Shown here in pieces: positions 30,786 through 41,349 of a stretch of DNA of 64,000 nucleotides. The notes under the pieces are model-generated. The model was not told where the DNA came from. It saw nothing but the letters and a program-made list of their open reading frames with translations, and made no database searches. The stretch is from Spirochaetota bacterium (lineage in GTDB: Bacteria > Spirochaetota > UBA4802 > UB4802). A program made the position numbers and the translations under genes. Positions within the stretch are counted from its first letter, which is position 1; every line of letters begins with the position of its first letter. The stretch lies in NCBI GenBank assembly GCA_040756435.1, contig JBFLZD010000011.1, positions 7,971 to 71,970 of the forward strand, read 5' to 3'.

Positions 30786-31259
30786 ATGTATTCAACAAAA
30801 GAACTCATTGATATAGCCATTGGCATTGAAGAAACAGGATTTTATTTTTATTCTACATTTAAAAACAAATTTAAAGATGAATCGTTTAAGCAAATATTTC
30901 AATTCCTTGCTGATGAAGAATTGCGCCATAAAGATGTATTTTCTAATATGCTAAAGGAATTAAAAGATACCACCGGTGTATTTACTGATGAATACTATGC
31001 GTATCTTAAGGCGATAGGGACTACCAGGGTATTTGCAAATAAAGACGACATTGATAAAATTGCACCAAACCTTACACAGCCACTGGATATAATAAAGATA
31101 GCAATGGATGCTGAGCGTGACTCTATAGTATGGTATTCGGAGTTAAAAGAAATTTATAGAAATGATACAAAATCAAAAGGCATTTTAGAGCGTCTTATTA
31201 ATGAGGAACGAAAACATGTGCTGACATTACTTGATTTGAAAGAAAAGCTCAGCATGTAA
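30786..31259 (+). CDS. Rubrerythrin/ferritin-like diiron four-helix-bundle protein (no rubredoxin domain)
   Basis: Two E...EExxH half-motifs: IEETG...DEELRHKD and DAERDS...NEERKHVL. 157 aa. RBS aaagga. Confidence 0.6.
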   Translation: MYSTKELIDIAIGIEETGFYFYSTFKNKFKDESFKQIFQFLADEELRHKDVFSNMLKELKDTTGVFTDEYYAYLKAIGTTRVFANKDDIDKIAPNLTQPLDIIKIAMDAERDSIVWYSELKEIYRNDTKSKGILERLINEERKHVLTLLDLKEKLSM

Positions 31260-31502
31260 TTATACATTATGATAATTGAAAGTAAAAATAGAGCAAAATT
31301 TGTTGCTAACAATGTGGTGAAGATTTTGTAGGTAGTGAAACTACCGAACATATTGAATCTTTTATACATAAATGAAAATCAAAAGGCTTGGAAACTGCTA
31401 CGGTGGCGATAGTTACTATGGAAATATAAGCGGATGAAAACGTTATGGAGCAGATAGAGCCATATATTGTGATTAGTGGAGAAATTCCATGATTCCCACC
31501 TA

Positions 31503-31720
31503 TCATTGCAAGTTCTGCGAAGCAATCTAATAACATCTTTGTCATTGCGAGCATAGCGCCTGTGCTGAGTGCTTCGACAAGCTCAGTAACCTCTTGTCGA
31601 AGTGCTTGCACTGAGCATGTCGAAGTGCTTGCACTGAGCTTGTCGAAGTGAAGCAACCCCAGGTTACAAAGGAAATGATTGCCACGCACCTGCGGTGCTC
31701 GCAATGACGAGTTACCTTAC
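31503..31720. repeat. Mosaic nested-hairpin repeat, copy 3
   Basis: Contains gcgaagcaatct, gtcattgcgagcatagcg, three tandem gtcgaagtgcttgcactgagc sub-repeats, and gattgccacgcacctgcggtgctcgcaatgac, which is the reverse complement of the copy-2 module. It lies upstream of prpE. Confidence 0.7.
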
Positions 31721-31875
31721 ACTTTTTTTGTAATACTACAGATATTTATCATTGACAAATAATTTCAGCAAAATAATTTGGTTGGCGACCAATATTTTAT
31801 ATCTAAAGCCAGAGTACTGGCCTGGGCAAATTAAACAAATATACTATAATCCATAGAAAGGGGGATTGGAAGCCT

Positions 31876-33768
31876 ATGAGTTTGTATCAAAAAGTGTATG
31901 ATGAATCTATTAATAATCCAGAAAAATTTTGGTCTGAGGCCGCAAAAAATATTCACTGGTATAAACCCTATACCAAAGTTCTGGATGAATCTAAAAAACC
32001 ATTTTATCGCTGGTTTGTGGGTGGACAGGTCAACACATGTTATAATGCACTTGACCGCCATGTTGAAAATGGCCGCGGCAATCAGGTTGCACTTATATAC
32101 GATAGCCCTGTCACAGATACTATCACCAAATTTACGTATAAAGAAATGCTTGATAAAGTTTCACTATTTGCAGGTGCTTTGCAAAAATATGGGATTAAAA
32201 AAGGCGATAGAGTTATCATTTATATGCCCATGATACCTGAAGCACCTGTTGCAATGCTTGCCTGTGCACGAATAGGAGCAATTCACTCAGTAGTTTTTGG
32301 TGGATTTGCACCAAATGAATTAGCAATACGTATTGATGATGCCAAACCAAAACTCATTGTATCGGCATCATGTGGTATTGAAGGAAAAAAAGTTATAGAA
32401 TATAAACCACTGCTTGATAAAGCCATAGAGATAGCCAATCACAAGCCCGAACATTGTATCATCTTCCAGCGTCCGCAGGTACAATCGCCACTTGTTGCAG
32501 GAAGAGATATAGATTGGAATGATGCCATTCAAGGTGTGAAGCCAGCTGAATGCGTGCCCGTTGAATCAACTGATCCCTTATATATACTGTACACTTCAGG
32601 GACTACTGGCATTCCTAAAGGTGTGGTGCGGGATAACGGTGGTCATGCTGTGGCACTATACTGGAGCATGAAAAATATCTACGGTATTGAACCTGGCGAT
32701 GTGTGGTGGGCAGCTTCGGATGTTGGTTGGGTTGTTGGCCATTCATACATTGTGTATGGGCCATTATTGTATGGTGCAACAACAATTTTGTATGAAGGTA
32801 AACCTGTTGGAACACCTGATGCAGGAGCATTCTGGCGGGTTATTTCCCAGCACAAGGTGAAAGCGTTGTTTACTGCACCCACAGCTTTCAGAGCAATTAA
32901 AAAAGAAGACTCCGGTGGAGAATTTTTCAAAAAGTATGATCTATCTCAGTTTAAATATTTATTTTTAGCAGGTGAACGTCTTGACCCGGATACCTACTAC
33001 TGGGCATCTAATCTGTTACAAAAACCGGTCATTGACCACTGGTGGCAAACTGAAACCGGTTGGCCTATTGCTGCAAATTGTGTTGGCATAGAATTGTTAC
33101 CAATCAAAGCAGGCTCTCCAACCAAACCCGTTCCTGGCTATCAGGTTCACATTATCAATGATGAAGGTAAACAACTGCCTAATGGCACTGAAGGAATTGT
33201 TGTAATAAAACTTCCACTGCCTCCAGGTACACTTCCAACATTATGGCAGAATGACGATAAGTACCGTGAGTCATATCTGGATATATATGATGGATATTAC
33301 TTCACAGGTGATGGCGGGTATTATGATGAAGACGGATACCTGTTTATAATGGGACGAATTGATGATGTAATCAATGTTGCCGGCCACAGACTTTCAACAG
33401 GTGCCATGGAAGAAGTTATTTCAAAACATCCTGATGTAGCCGAATGTGCTGTCATTGGCGTTGAAGATAGCTTCAAAGGACAACTGCCTGTTGGATTTGT
33501 TGTATTAAAAGAAGGTACAACAAAAAGTCATGATCAGATTAAGAATGATCTGGCACAGATGGTTCGTGAACAGATTGGCGCTGTTGCCTGCTATAAAACT
33601 ACACTTATTGTCCAGCGATTGCCAAAAACTCGTTCAGGAAAAATTTTGCGTGGAACCATGCGTAAAATTGCTGATAAAAAGCCATACACCACCCCATCAA
33701 CTATTGATGATCCGGCTATTCTGGATGAAATAAAGGACGCACTCTCTAAAATCACTGTTAGCGCATAG
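31876..33768 (+). CDS. prpE: Propionate--CoA ligase (acyl-CoA synthetase, Acs/PrpE family)
   Basis: 630 aa. The N-terminus YQKVYDESINNPEKFWSEAAKNIHWYKPYTKVLDESKKPFYRWFVGGQVNTCYNALDRHV and the stretch IRIDDAKPKLIVSASCGIEGKKVIEYKPLLDKAI follow the PrpE pattern closely. AMP-binding motif YTSGTTGIPKGV. Confidence 0.8.
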   Translation: MSLYQKVYDESINNPEKFWSEAAKNIHWYKPYTKVLDESKKPFYRWFVGGQVNTCYNALDRHVENGRGNQVALIYDSPVTDTITKFTYKEMLDKVSLFAGALQKYGIKKGDRVIIYMPMIPEAPVAMLACARIGAIHSVVFGGFAPNELAIRIDDAKPKLIVSASCGIEGKKVIEYKPLLDKAIEIANHKPEHCIIFQRPQVQSPLVAGRDIDWNDAIQGVKPAECVPVESTDPLYILYTSGTTGIPKGVVRDNGGHAVALYWSMKNIYGIEPGDVWWAASDVGWVVGHSYIVYGPLLYGATTILYEGKPVGTPDAGAFWRVISQHKVKALFTAPTAFRAIKKEDSGGEFFKKYDLSQFKYLFLAGERLDPDTYYWASNLLQKPVIDHWWQTETGWPIAANCVGIELLPIKAGSPTKPVPGYQVHIINDEGKQLPNGTEGIVVIKLPLPPGTLPTLWQNDDKYRESYLDIYDGYYFTGDGGYYDEDGYLFIMGRIDDVINVAGHRLSTGAMEEVISKHPDVAECAVIGVEDSFKGQLPVGFVVLKEGTTKSHDQIKNDLAQMVREQIGAVACYKTTLIVQRLPKTRSGKILRGTMRKIADKKPYTTPSTIDDPAILDEIKDALSKITVSA

Positions 33769-33797
33769 TAGATAAAAAAGGGGGGGCCAAAATAGAC

Positions 33798-33997
33798 TTC
33801 ATTGCAATTACTTTGCACCCACGTCATTGCGAGGAACGAAGTGACGAAGCAATCCCATAGTTGCGAGCGCCGCAGGCGCGTGGCAATCTCATCTTCTGCG
33901 GCATTGAGATTGCTTCCCTTCGACAAGCTCAGGGCAGGCGCTTCGCTCGCAATGACATTGCACTCCCGTCATTACATGCACCACGGTTTGTTTTGAG
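33798..33997. repeat. Mosaic nested-hairpin repeat, copy 4
   Basis: About 99% identical to the first about 150 nt of copy 5. The termini gtcattgcgag...ctcgcaatgac and an internal gcaatctca...tgagattgc arm can form a long nested hairpin. It ends caccacggtttgttttgaga. Lies between the convergent prpE and CoA-transferase genes. Confidence 0.75.
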
Positions 33998-34009
33998 ATC
34001 ACCTCTTTT

Positions 34010-35356
34010 TTATTCAATTTTATTTGTATTAGTCCATATATTCATTTCATCAGCTTTTTTAATTAATTCATCCCTGAAATTGGGATGAGCAATGCTAATC
34101 AATGCTTCTGCTCGTTCCCATGTTGATTTCCCTTTAAGCTGCACTGCTCCATACTCAGTTACCACATATTGCACAATGGATCGGGGAACAGTTACAATTG
34201 ATCCAGGAGGCAACGTTGGAACAATCCTTGATATCAAATTGCCATCTTTATCCTTGTAGGTTGAAGACAGGCAGATAAACCCTTTACCACCATGTGAACC
34301 AAATGCACCAAATATAAAATCAAGCTGTCCGCCAGTACCGGATTTATGAGCCACTCCTGCTGACTCTGAACAAACCTGACTGAATAAATCCACAGCAATA
34401 GCATTATTAACCGCAACCACTTTATCATTGAGAGCTATAATTCTTGGGTCATTAATATAATTAACAGGATACGAAGCACATGTTGGGTTGTGATGCAGGA
34501 AATCATATAATTTATTGGTACCCATTGCAAATGTATAGCTCATTTTATATTTATCAATGTTTTTCTTAGCACCTGTAACTCTCCCTGCATGATATAAGTC
34601 AACATATGAATCAACAAGCATCTCCGTATGCACCCCCAAATCCTTGAGGTCACTTTCAGCAATCATTTTCCCAACAACATTGGGTAATCCACCAATACCA
34701 AGCTGCAAGCACGATCCATCTTCAATCTGCTCAAGCAAATGCTTTGCAATTTGTTTATCTATATCAGTTGGTTCTAATGCAGGTATTTGTGGTAACGGCA
34801 GGTTTTTGCCTTCAACTATGTGGTCAACCCGTGAAATATGTATTGACTCCTGGTTTCCTCCCAAACAGTATGGGACATGTTCATTAACTTCTACAACTAT
34901 CTTTTTTGCCTTTGTTACAACTGCAGACGTTACAGAATTTGCAAGCCCATAATTGAAGTATCCCCTTGGGTCCATTGGACCAACCGTTAAAAATGCTACA
35001 TCAAAATCCAGGTATTTTCTGATTACCCGTGGTCCCTGATGATAGGTAATAGGAATATAATTACAAAGATGCTGATCATATAATCTTCGTGAGATAGTTC
35101 CAAAATGGAAGTCATTCAAAATGAAATGTTTTCGCTGTGGATCAGCTTCTACTATTTTGGGTACGCGCATATAACAAACACTTCGAACATCCACATTGCG
35201 CAATTCTTCAGCACGTTTTGATAATGCTTCATCAATTGCTTCAGGGAATAATACAAATTCACCATAAAACACCCTGTCGCCTGATTTTACAAAATTAGCT
35301 GCTTCTTCTGCAGTGATTTTCTTCTTTTCATATTCCCATTTTTCAATATCACCCAT
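34010..35356 (-). CDS. Acetyl-CoA hydrolase/transferase family protein (4-hydroxybutyrate/butyryl-CoA:acetate CoA-transferase-like)
   Basis: 448 aa. ...[10 protein letters not shown]...[10 protein letters not shown] shows the family architecture and glutamate region. RBS aaggaga. Confidence 0.8.
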   Translation of the reverse strand: MGDIEKWEYEKKKITAEEAANFVKSGDRVFYGEFVLFPEAIDEALSKRAEELRNVDVRSVCYMRVPKIVEADPQRKHFILNDFHFGTISRRLYDQHLCNYIPITYHQGPRVIRKYLDFDVAFLTVGPMDPRGYFNYGLANSVTSAVVTKAKKIVVEVNEHVPYCLGGNQESIHISRVDHIVEGKNLPLPQIPALEPTDIDKQIAKHLLEQIEDGSCLQLGIGGLPNVVGKMIAESDLKDLGVHTEMLVDSYVDLYHAGRVTGAKKNIDKYKMSYTFAMGTNKLYDFLHHNPTCASYPVNYINDPRIIALNDKVVAVNNAIAVDLFSQVCSESAGVAHKSGTGGQLDFIFGAFGSHGGKGFICLSSTYKDKDGNLISRIVPTLPPGSIVTVPRSIVQYVVTEYGAVQLKGKSTWERAEALISIAHPNFRDELIKKADEMNIWTNTNKIE

Positions 35357-35658
35357 TACTCTTCTCCTTTCTATAATGATGATTGCGTTGCCTTATCATC
35401 TTAGATTGCCAAGAGTTTAATTTTAATGTATGCTAATTTTATAGTATCAACATTACATCATCATTTTATTTGATTTATTTATACTATCAATACAACATAG
35501 ATTACTTACATTGAATATAGCATATACAAATTTTACTTCTAAATTTTGTATATATATAAATAACATTATTACGATATTGAATACCATCTAGAAGGTTTGT
35601 AGTGAATTTATAGAAGCGAAGATTGGAGCTTTTGTGGTTAAATTATATATATCATTAA

Positions 35659-35910
35659 CCTCATTGCAATTACTTTACACCAACGTCATTGCGAGGAACG
35701 AAGTGACGAAGCAATCCCATAGTTGCGAGCGCCGCAGGCGCGTGGCAATCTCATCTTCTGCGGCATTGAGATTGCTTCCCTTCGACAAGCTCAGGGCAGG
35801 CGCTCCGACAAGAGGTTACTGAGCTTGTCGAAGCACTCAGCACAGGCGCTAGTCTCGCAATGACATTGCACTCCCGTCATTGCAAGCACCACGGTTTTAT
35901 TTTGAGACAA
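35659..35910. repeat. Mosaic nested-hairpin repeat, copy 5 (copy 4 plus an extra about 50-nt module)
   Basis: Same start as copy 4 (tcattgcaattactttgcacc...). The extra module gaggttactgagcttgtcgaagcactcagcacaggcgc is related to sub-repeats in copy 3. It ends caccacggttttattttgagaca. Confidence 0.75.
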
Positions 35911-35916
35911 CCTCTA

Positions 35917-35993
35917 TTATTTATTTCTTTATATCTTGCAGTGTTTTAAAAATCCTTTTAGCTCTCCACTCATCCAATGAAAGAACATACTGG
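35917..35993 (-). pseudogene. Duplicated, diverged copy of the last 23 codons plus stop of the adjacent DUF4340 gene
   Basis: A 77-nt segment about 85% identical to 36019-36095. On the minus strand it translates to QYVLSLDEWRAKRIFKTLQDIKK*, against the gene's own QYVFTLDEWRAKRIFKTLQDIKK*. It directly abuts repeat copy 5. Confidence 0.55.
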
Positions 35994-36022
35994 GTATCCA
36001 TTCAGGATACTCTACCCATTAT

Positions 36023-36997
36023 TTATTTCTTTATATCCTGTAACGTCTTAAAAATTCTTTTGGCTCTCCACTCATCCAATGTGAAGACATACTGGCTTTT
36101 TGAACTGCTACATATAAACCTGTTGTTTTCATATTCTTTATGGATCACTAGCGTAATCTCTTCTGGCTTTTGGGATTCCTCATCACCTTTTACGGTAACA
36201 GTAATTGAAGCTATTTTACCCGACAATGTTTTAGCATTAACGTCAGGGAATGAATATGCTTTTAGTGGATCAAAAGTATACAACATCTCCTTAACCTTAT
36301 TGTTATCCAGTACTACTGCTGGATGTTCTTTACATATCCACTGCTCTTCTTTTTCAACTTCTTTTGGCTTTTCTTGTTTATCTTTTTGCGTACTACCTGG
36401 TTCCTCTTTCTTCTTTTCTACAATTGTTTTTTGCAGTGTCAATGTTGCATTTTTATACCATAATTTTACTGTATCAATCTTTGCTATATCAAGCTGGACA
36501 ATATCCTTATTCCGCAATTCGTCTACCGTTTTATTGAAGTATGAATCTAACGTATCTTCTGCAAGGTAAACCTTAGGATCACCTTCTAATCGAACATATG
36601 TGTGGCGATAGGTGCTCCCTTTTTTGCCAATATAAACATTACGTACAATCTGACCATTACATTTAGCCTGCACCTGTATTGCATGGTCGTTGTCAAGCTC
36701 ATAGCGTTCATAATGTGGTTTATCGCTAATCAGATCAATAATCTTCAAATCTTTTATCTTATTTACCATATTGGCAATAATATTTTTATCGCCATCAAAT
36801 TCATTTACCTTCCAGCTATCGCCATCCTGTTTTATCAGTATTATCGCTTCACCTTTTTTTAGTACTAGCTCAGTTATGGGGCTTTTTATGGTAGGCAGTG
36901 TAACTACTGTTTTTGTTATCAATGAATTAATGATAAGGTAACCAGCCAGAATAGCTATCACCACAATACTGATAAGAACATTTTTTTTCATGTGCAT
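36023..36997 (-). CDS. DUF4340-domain protein (accessory protein of the GldG-type ABC system)
   Basis: 324 aa with an N-terminal TM anchor. It sits immediately downstream of the GldG-like gene, which is the usual DUF4340 context. RBS aagaggtg. Confidence 0.65.
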   Translation of the reverse strand: MHMKKNVLISIVVIAILAGYLIINSLITKTVVTLPTIKSPITELVLKKGEAIILIKQDGDSWKVNEFDGDKNIIANMVNKIKDLKIIDLISDKPHYERYELDNDHAIQVQAKCNGQIVRNVYIGKKGSTYRHTYVRLEGDPKVYLAEDTLDSYFNKTVDELRNKDIVQLDIAKIDTVKLWYKNATLTLQKTIVEKKKEEPGSTQKDKQEKPKEVEKEEQWICKEHPAVVLDNNKVKEMLYTFDPLKAYSFPDVNAKTLSGKIASITVTVKGDEESQKPEEITLVIHKEYENNRFICSSSKSQYVFTLDEWRAKRIFKTLQDIKK

Positions 36998-37017
36998 ACC
37001 TACACCTCTTTACTGAA

Positions 37018-39168
37018 TTATCTCATACTGGAAAATTGTTCTTCAATGCGCTTGCGGCGAATGTTACGACGCCATATATACAGTAACCCAAAAAGAATTA
37101 CCAATAGAGGCAATCCAGCAATGTTTATACCCTTTATAATACTCTTTGCAGTATCAGACGTTTCTTTAATTGGATTGAACGATAGGCCCTTGCTTCGCAT
37201 CTGTGGAATGGCATAGTTGCCCTGCAAATAATCAATCACGTTGTGCATGAACACTGCATTGGGCGATTTTCCTTCTTCATCAATAATGTTACGTCCTGTT
37301 ATTTCTGACGTTCCTGCTACAAATAGTTTTACTGGCTTTACACTTTGTTTTAAAGCTTCTTCTTGAACATAGTCTTTGCCTTTTGCTTCTTTAGATTTTA
37401 CATCAATGGTGGGCTGCTTATCGGCAAAGTAGCTTTTTAAATTTCCCTGCACCAGTACTGCTAAGTTATATTGCTTGAGGCTTGAATCTTGCGGCGGATT
37501 TGCACCCCACGGCATAAAGCTGATATTACCCTGCTGAAGCCAGCTGTACGGTGATGATTTTACAAGATATTGTACAGAAGCTTTATTTTCCTTGAGCAGT
37601 GTTTCATCAACTGAAATGGAAGAAGCTTTTAAAAATACTATCTTTTTTAAATATTGAGTGATTTCATTTTCTTTGGACAAGCCTTCCTCAGAAATCATTG
37701 GTGCAAAGTATATTGTTAACTCACCCAATCCTCGTTGCTGAGCAATGAAACACTGCTTATCCATCACTATATCACGGCCAATCTTGACTCCATAATGGGC
37801 AAGCATCCCTTCAAGGCCGGTAAATACTGGTAATGCCTGAGGGGGTCGCTGGAACATCTGCATACCCTGCATTTGCTGCTCCACATATGAATCAAGTAGC
37901 ATTACAGCACTACCACCACGCATCAAAAACTGATCAATTTTATACAACTCATATTCACTGAACATTGAACGAGGTCCATTGATAATGATGGTTGCAATAT
38001 CATTTGGTATTTCATCTTTGGTAATATCTATAGTTATCAGATCATACATGTCACCAATCATCTTCCTGAATTGTGCTGCACCATTCTGCTCATCATTGAT
38101 GTCACGCTCACCGTGACCTATAATATACCCTACTTTTGGGTTGATGCTGATAAGATTGTCAATGGCTGCATTCAGTGTATCTTCAAGGCGGGTCAAATCC
38201 CCAACTGAATACTGTCCAAAGATTGAGCGTGATAGAATCTGTACCGTTTCAAATTTATTGTTGTACTCCACTACAATGCCAACCATGCCTTCACCTGGTT
38301 CAACAGTCCTGCCTTCCATGGTAGTAAACCGTGGCCACCGTAACATTGGCAAACCATACATCTGAGCCAGTGTACTCCCCTGTGGATTTTGTAATGGGTC
38401 AATATAACGATACTGTATTTTATTGTAATTGCGTATATTACACTTCTGAACTTCAGTATATACCCGCTCATTTAAATTCTGCATACCCGGAATTGGCAGG
38501 TTACTACTAGCATATAAGGTAACTGTTATAGGGTTTTTCAGTTTAAGCAATGAATCAATCTTGCCATTCATCTTTTTTATTAGTGTTGTTATACGGTACT
38601 CCAGTCCTTCTGGTTCAGTGATTGAATCAATTTTTTCTATTAAGTCACCATGAATTATGGCCAGACCCATAAAAGCATTTCGGAATTTGACCTGATCATT
38701 ACGTATTTCCCTAATCTGCACCGGATAAATACCAAAATCAGAGGCAGCATCCTTTTGCTTTTCAACATCAATAAACTCATAGTGAAAATATCTATTGCCT
38801 GCATTATCATATTCTACCATCAGGTCCTGAAGATAGCGGTATACAGCGTTATATGGCGCGGGAAGATCCTTATTAAAAAATATCTTAATGGTTAATGGTT
38901 CTTCCAGTGATGACACTACCTCTTTACTTATTGGTGAAAGCGAATAGACACTATTCTTAGTCAGGTCAACCCTGAAATATACCGTAAGCCCAACTAAATT
39001 GATTAAAACAATAATCACACCATACAGTATAAACTGCGAATAGCTCTTTTGGGTTTCACTATCACCCGATTTAGTGTGCTCTTTAATTTTCTGTACTACC
39101 TGTGTATATATAGTTGTAATGGTACCTTTTAGGTTTTGCATCACAGTAACAAATTTTCTTTTATCCAT
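37018..39168 (-). CDS. GldG-family ABC-transporter auxiliary component
   Basis: 716 aa with N- and C-terminal TM anchors and a large extracytoplasmic domain. It follows an ABC-2 permease plus ATPase pair, as in GldA/GldF/GldG-type systems. Confidence 0.7.
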   Translation of the reverse strand: MDKRKFVTVMQNLKGTITTIYTQVVQKIKEHTKSGDSETQKSYSQFILYGVIIVLINLVGLTVYFRVDLTKNSVYSLSPISKEVVSSLEEPLTIKIFFNKDLPAPYNAVYRYLQDLMVEYDNAGNRYFHYEFIDVEKQKDAASDFGIYPVQIREIRNDQVKFRNAFMGLAIIHGDLIEKIDSITEPEGLEYRITTLIKKMNGKIDSLLKLKNPITVTLYASSNLPIPGMQNLNERVYTEVQKCNIRNYNKIQYRYIDPLQNPQGSTLAQMYGLPMLRWPRFTTMEGRTVEPGEGMVGIVVEYNNKFETVQILSRSIFGQYSVGDLTRLEDTLNAAIDNLISINPKVGYIIGHGERDINDEQNGAAQFRKMIGDMYDLITIDITKDEIPNDIATIIINGPRSMFSEYELYKIDQFLMRGGSAVMLLDSYVEQQMQGMQMFQRPPQALPVFTGLEGMLAHYGVKIGRDIVMDKQCFIAQQRGLGELTIYFAPMISEEGLSKENEITQYLKKIVFLKASSISVDETLLKENKASVQYLVKSSPYSWLQQGNISFMPWGANPPQDSSLKQYNLAVLVQGNLKSYFADKQPTIDVKSKEAKGKDYVQEEALKQSVKPVKLFVAGTSEITGRNIIDEEGKSPNAVFMHNVIDYLQGNYAIPQMRSKGLSFNPIKETSDTAKSIIKGINIAGLPLLVILFGLLYIWRRNIRRKRIEEQFSSMR

Positions 39169-39170
39169 AA

Positions 39171-39896
39171 TTATCTTTTCACCTCCAGCTGATATATGCT
39201 TGCCATTGAACTAATAACAATTACCGAAGCAAAATATATGATATTTCGCGAATCCACCACACCACGGGCAATGTTCTGGAAATGGTAGTCAGCACTGATG
39301 TATTCAAACAGTGAAACCAATTTAGGTGAAATAAAGTATAAAAATTTTGTTATAAGCGATAGTACTATGCAAATGGCAAACCCTATGATAAACGCAACAA
39401 TCTGGTTTTTAGTCATTGATGATGCAAAAACACCAATTGAAGCATACGCAGCAGCAAGAAGCACCGCACCCAAATAACCACCAATAACGGGACCAATATC
39501 AGGAGAGCCAACAAATGCAACCGAGACCGCATAGACCAGTGTTGGTGATATCATAATTGATGCAAACAGTGTTGCGGCCAATATTTTTCCTGCAACCACC
39601 TGTATTGTTGAAAGCGGCAGCGTCATAAGCATCTCAAATGAACCGGTATTGCGTTCCTCAGCAAAAAGGCGCATGGTGATTGCCGGTATCACAAAAGCAA
39701 ATAAAAGCGGCAGCAGTTCAAAATAAGCCCTTAGTTCAGCCTGTCCATATAAAAAGAATGTTGAAAAGAAAAGAAACCCTGCTATAACCAGGAACACAGA
39801 AATTACAATATATCCTATTGGCGTTGAAAAATATCCTGATAGTTCCTTTTTTGCAATAAGCTTTGCGCCTTTCATTATCTCTTTAAATTGCTCCAT
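39171..39896 (-). CDS. ABC-2 type transporter permease (GldF-like)
   Basis: 241 aa with six TM segments. Its stop is 2 nt from the GldG-like start. Confidence 0.7.
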   Translation of the reverse strand: MEQFKEIMKGAKLIAKKELSGYFSTPIGYIVISVFLVIAGFLFFSTFFLYGQAELRAYFELLPLLFAFVIPAITMRLFAEERNTGSFEMLMTLPLSTIQVVAGKILAATLFASIMISPTLVYAVSVAFVGSPDIGPVIGGYLGAVLLAAAYASIGVFASSMTKNQIVAFIIGFAICIVLSLITKFLYFISPKLVSLFEYISADYHFQNIARGVVDSRNIIYFASVIVISSMASIYQLEVKR

Positions 39897-39906
39897 ACAT
39901 TCCTCC

Positions 39907-40833
39907 TTACATACCTACGGTTAGTTCGCGGAATACATGCTCCAGGCTTCTGTATTCCCTGTTCATTTCATACAATGTCCAGCCACTGTCTTTTATACAA
40001 TTGAATACAGCTGGGCGCAAATCAACGTCAGCTCCAGTTAAAATCTGAACATGGCATAACTGGCCTTCATCACGTACATGCTGTACGTTTTTTACTCCTG
40101 ATATGTTTTTCAAAGCATTCTGTATTACTTCAAATGTAGTCCCGCCAATGACACAATTTATACGAATGTCCTTACCCCGGGCACTTTTAAGCTCAGTGGT
40201 TGAATCATCAGCTACTATCGCACCCTTATCAATGATTATCACGCGATTACAGGTAGCTTCCACTTCCTGCAATATATGGGTTGACAGTATCACTGTTTTT
40301 TCCTTTCCCAGATCTTTAATAAGGTCACGGATTTCAACTATCTGGTTTGGATCAAGGCCGTTGGTTGGTTCATCCAGTATAAGTATGTCAGGATCATGCA
40401 ATATAGCCTGCGCCAATCCCACGCGCTGCTTATATCCTTTAGAAAGCTCATTAATATTTTTATGTATTACTTCGGTTATGCCACACTGAATGGCAACATC
40501 TTTTATTTTTTCTTTATCATAAATTTGCCTGATTTCAGCCATAAAGTGGAGAAAGTCATATACCATCATATCGGGATATAATGGTGCAGATTCGGGCAAA
40601 TATCCTATACGCTTTTTTATTTCTATAGGATTTTCATTAACTAGAAACTCATCCACGCTTACCATTCCACTGGTTGGCTGCAAGTAGCCAGTGAGGATGC
40701 GCAATGTAGTAGTTTTGCCTGCACCATTTGGCCCCAACAAACCAGTTATCTCACCTTTTCTGATTGTGAATGAAATACCATCAACAGCCTTAACGTCACC
40801 ATAATGCTTTACCAGATTCCGTACGCTTATCAT
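39907..40833 (-). CDS. ABC transporter ATP-binding protein (GldA-like)
   Basis: Walker A GPNGAGKTT, signature LSKGYKQRV, Walker B ILILDEPTNGLD. RBS aaggagga. Confidence 0.85.
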   Translation of the reverse strand: MISVRNLVKHYGDVKAVDGISFTIRKGEITGLLGPNGAGKTTTLRILTGYLQPTSGMVSVDEFLVNENPIEIKKRIGYLPESAPLYPDMMVYDFLHFMAEIRQIYDKEKIKDVAIQCGITEVIHKNINELSKGYKQRVGLAQAILHDPDILILDEPTNGLDPNQIVEIRDLIKDLGKEKTVILSTHILQEVEATCNRVIIIDKGAIVADDSTTELKSARGKDIRINCVIGGTTFEVIQNALKNISGVKNVQHVRDEGQLCHVQILTGADVDLRPAVFNCIKDSGWTLYEMNREYRSLEHVFRELTVGM

Positions 40834-40984
40834 GTACCGCTATCCTCCTTAAAAAATAGGATTGTGAATTTGTCGTTATTTTTCATTCCAAACTATTGCT
40901 ATGAAAATACTTTCAATATAATACAATATATATTATTGATGTGACAATATAAATATGGAAAACAAATGATGAAAATGTTACATA

Positions 40985-41347
40985 TTATCTTTGTGCTCTG
41001 CCATAATCATCTTCAATGCGCTCTATATCATCTTCACCAAAGTATTCACCAAGCTGAACTTCAATGTACACTAAGTTTTGTGTTCCCGTATTTTCCACTC
41101 TGTGTAGCATATTGTAATCTATATCCACACTTACTCCTGGGGCAACATCAATTTCATGTTTATCAAGAGTAACCACGCCCTGACCAGACACAAAAAACCA
41201 GTGTTCTTTTCGCTTTTTATGGCGCTGCAGGCTTAATCGTTTTTTTGGGTATACCGTTATACGTTTAACCTTATGGGTTTCTGTGTCCGATAGTACCTCA
41301 TAAAAGCCCCAGGGCCGGTGATCAGAATATATTGCTCTATCATCCAT
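40985..41347 (-). CDS. Cupin-domain protein (mannose-6-phosphate isomerase type II C-terminal-domain-like)
   Basis: PWGFYEVL...HKVKRITVYPKKRLSLQRHKKRKEHWFFVSG matches the ManC C-terminal cupin pattern. 120 aa. Translationally coupled to serC. Confidence 0.65.
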   Translation of the reverse strand: MDDRAIYSDHRPWGFYEVLSDTETHKVKRITVYPKKRLSLQRHKKRKEHWFFVSGQGVVTLDKHEIDVAPGVSVDIDYNMLHRVENTGTQNLVYIEVQLGEYFGEDDIERIEDDYGRAQR

Positions 41348-41349
41348 AA

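Noticed and set aside
36602-36862. 86-aa plus-strand ORF within the DUF4340 gene, and the 229-aa ORF 35880-36569
   Set aside because: Both overlap the DUF4340 CDS or the repeat and duplicated fragment, with low-complexity translations. They are not supported.
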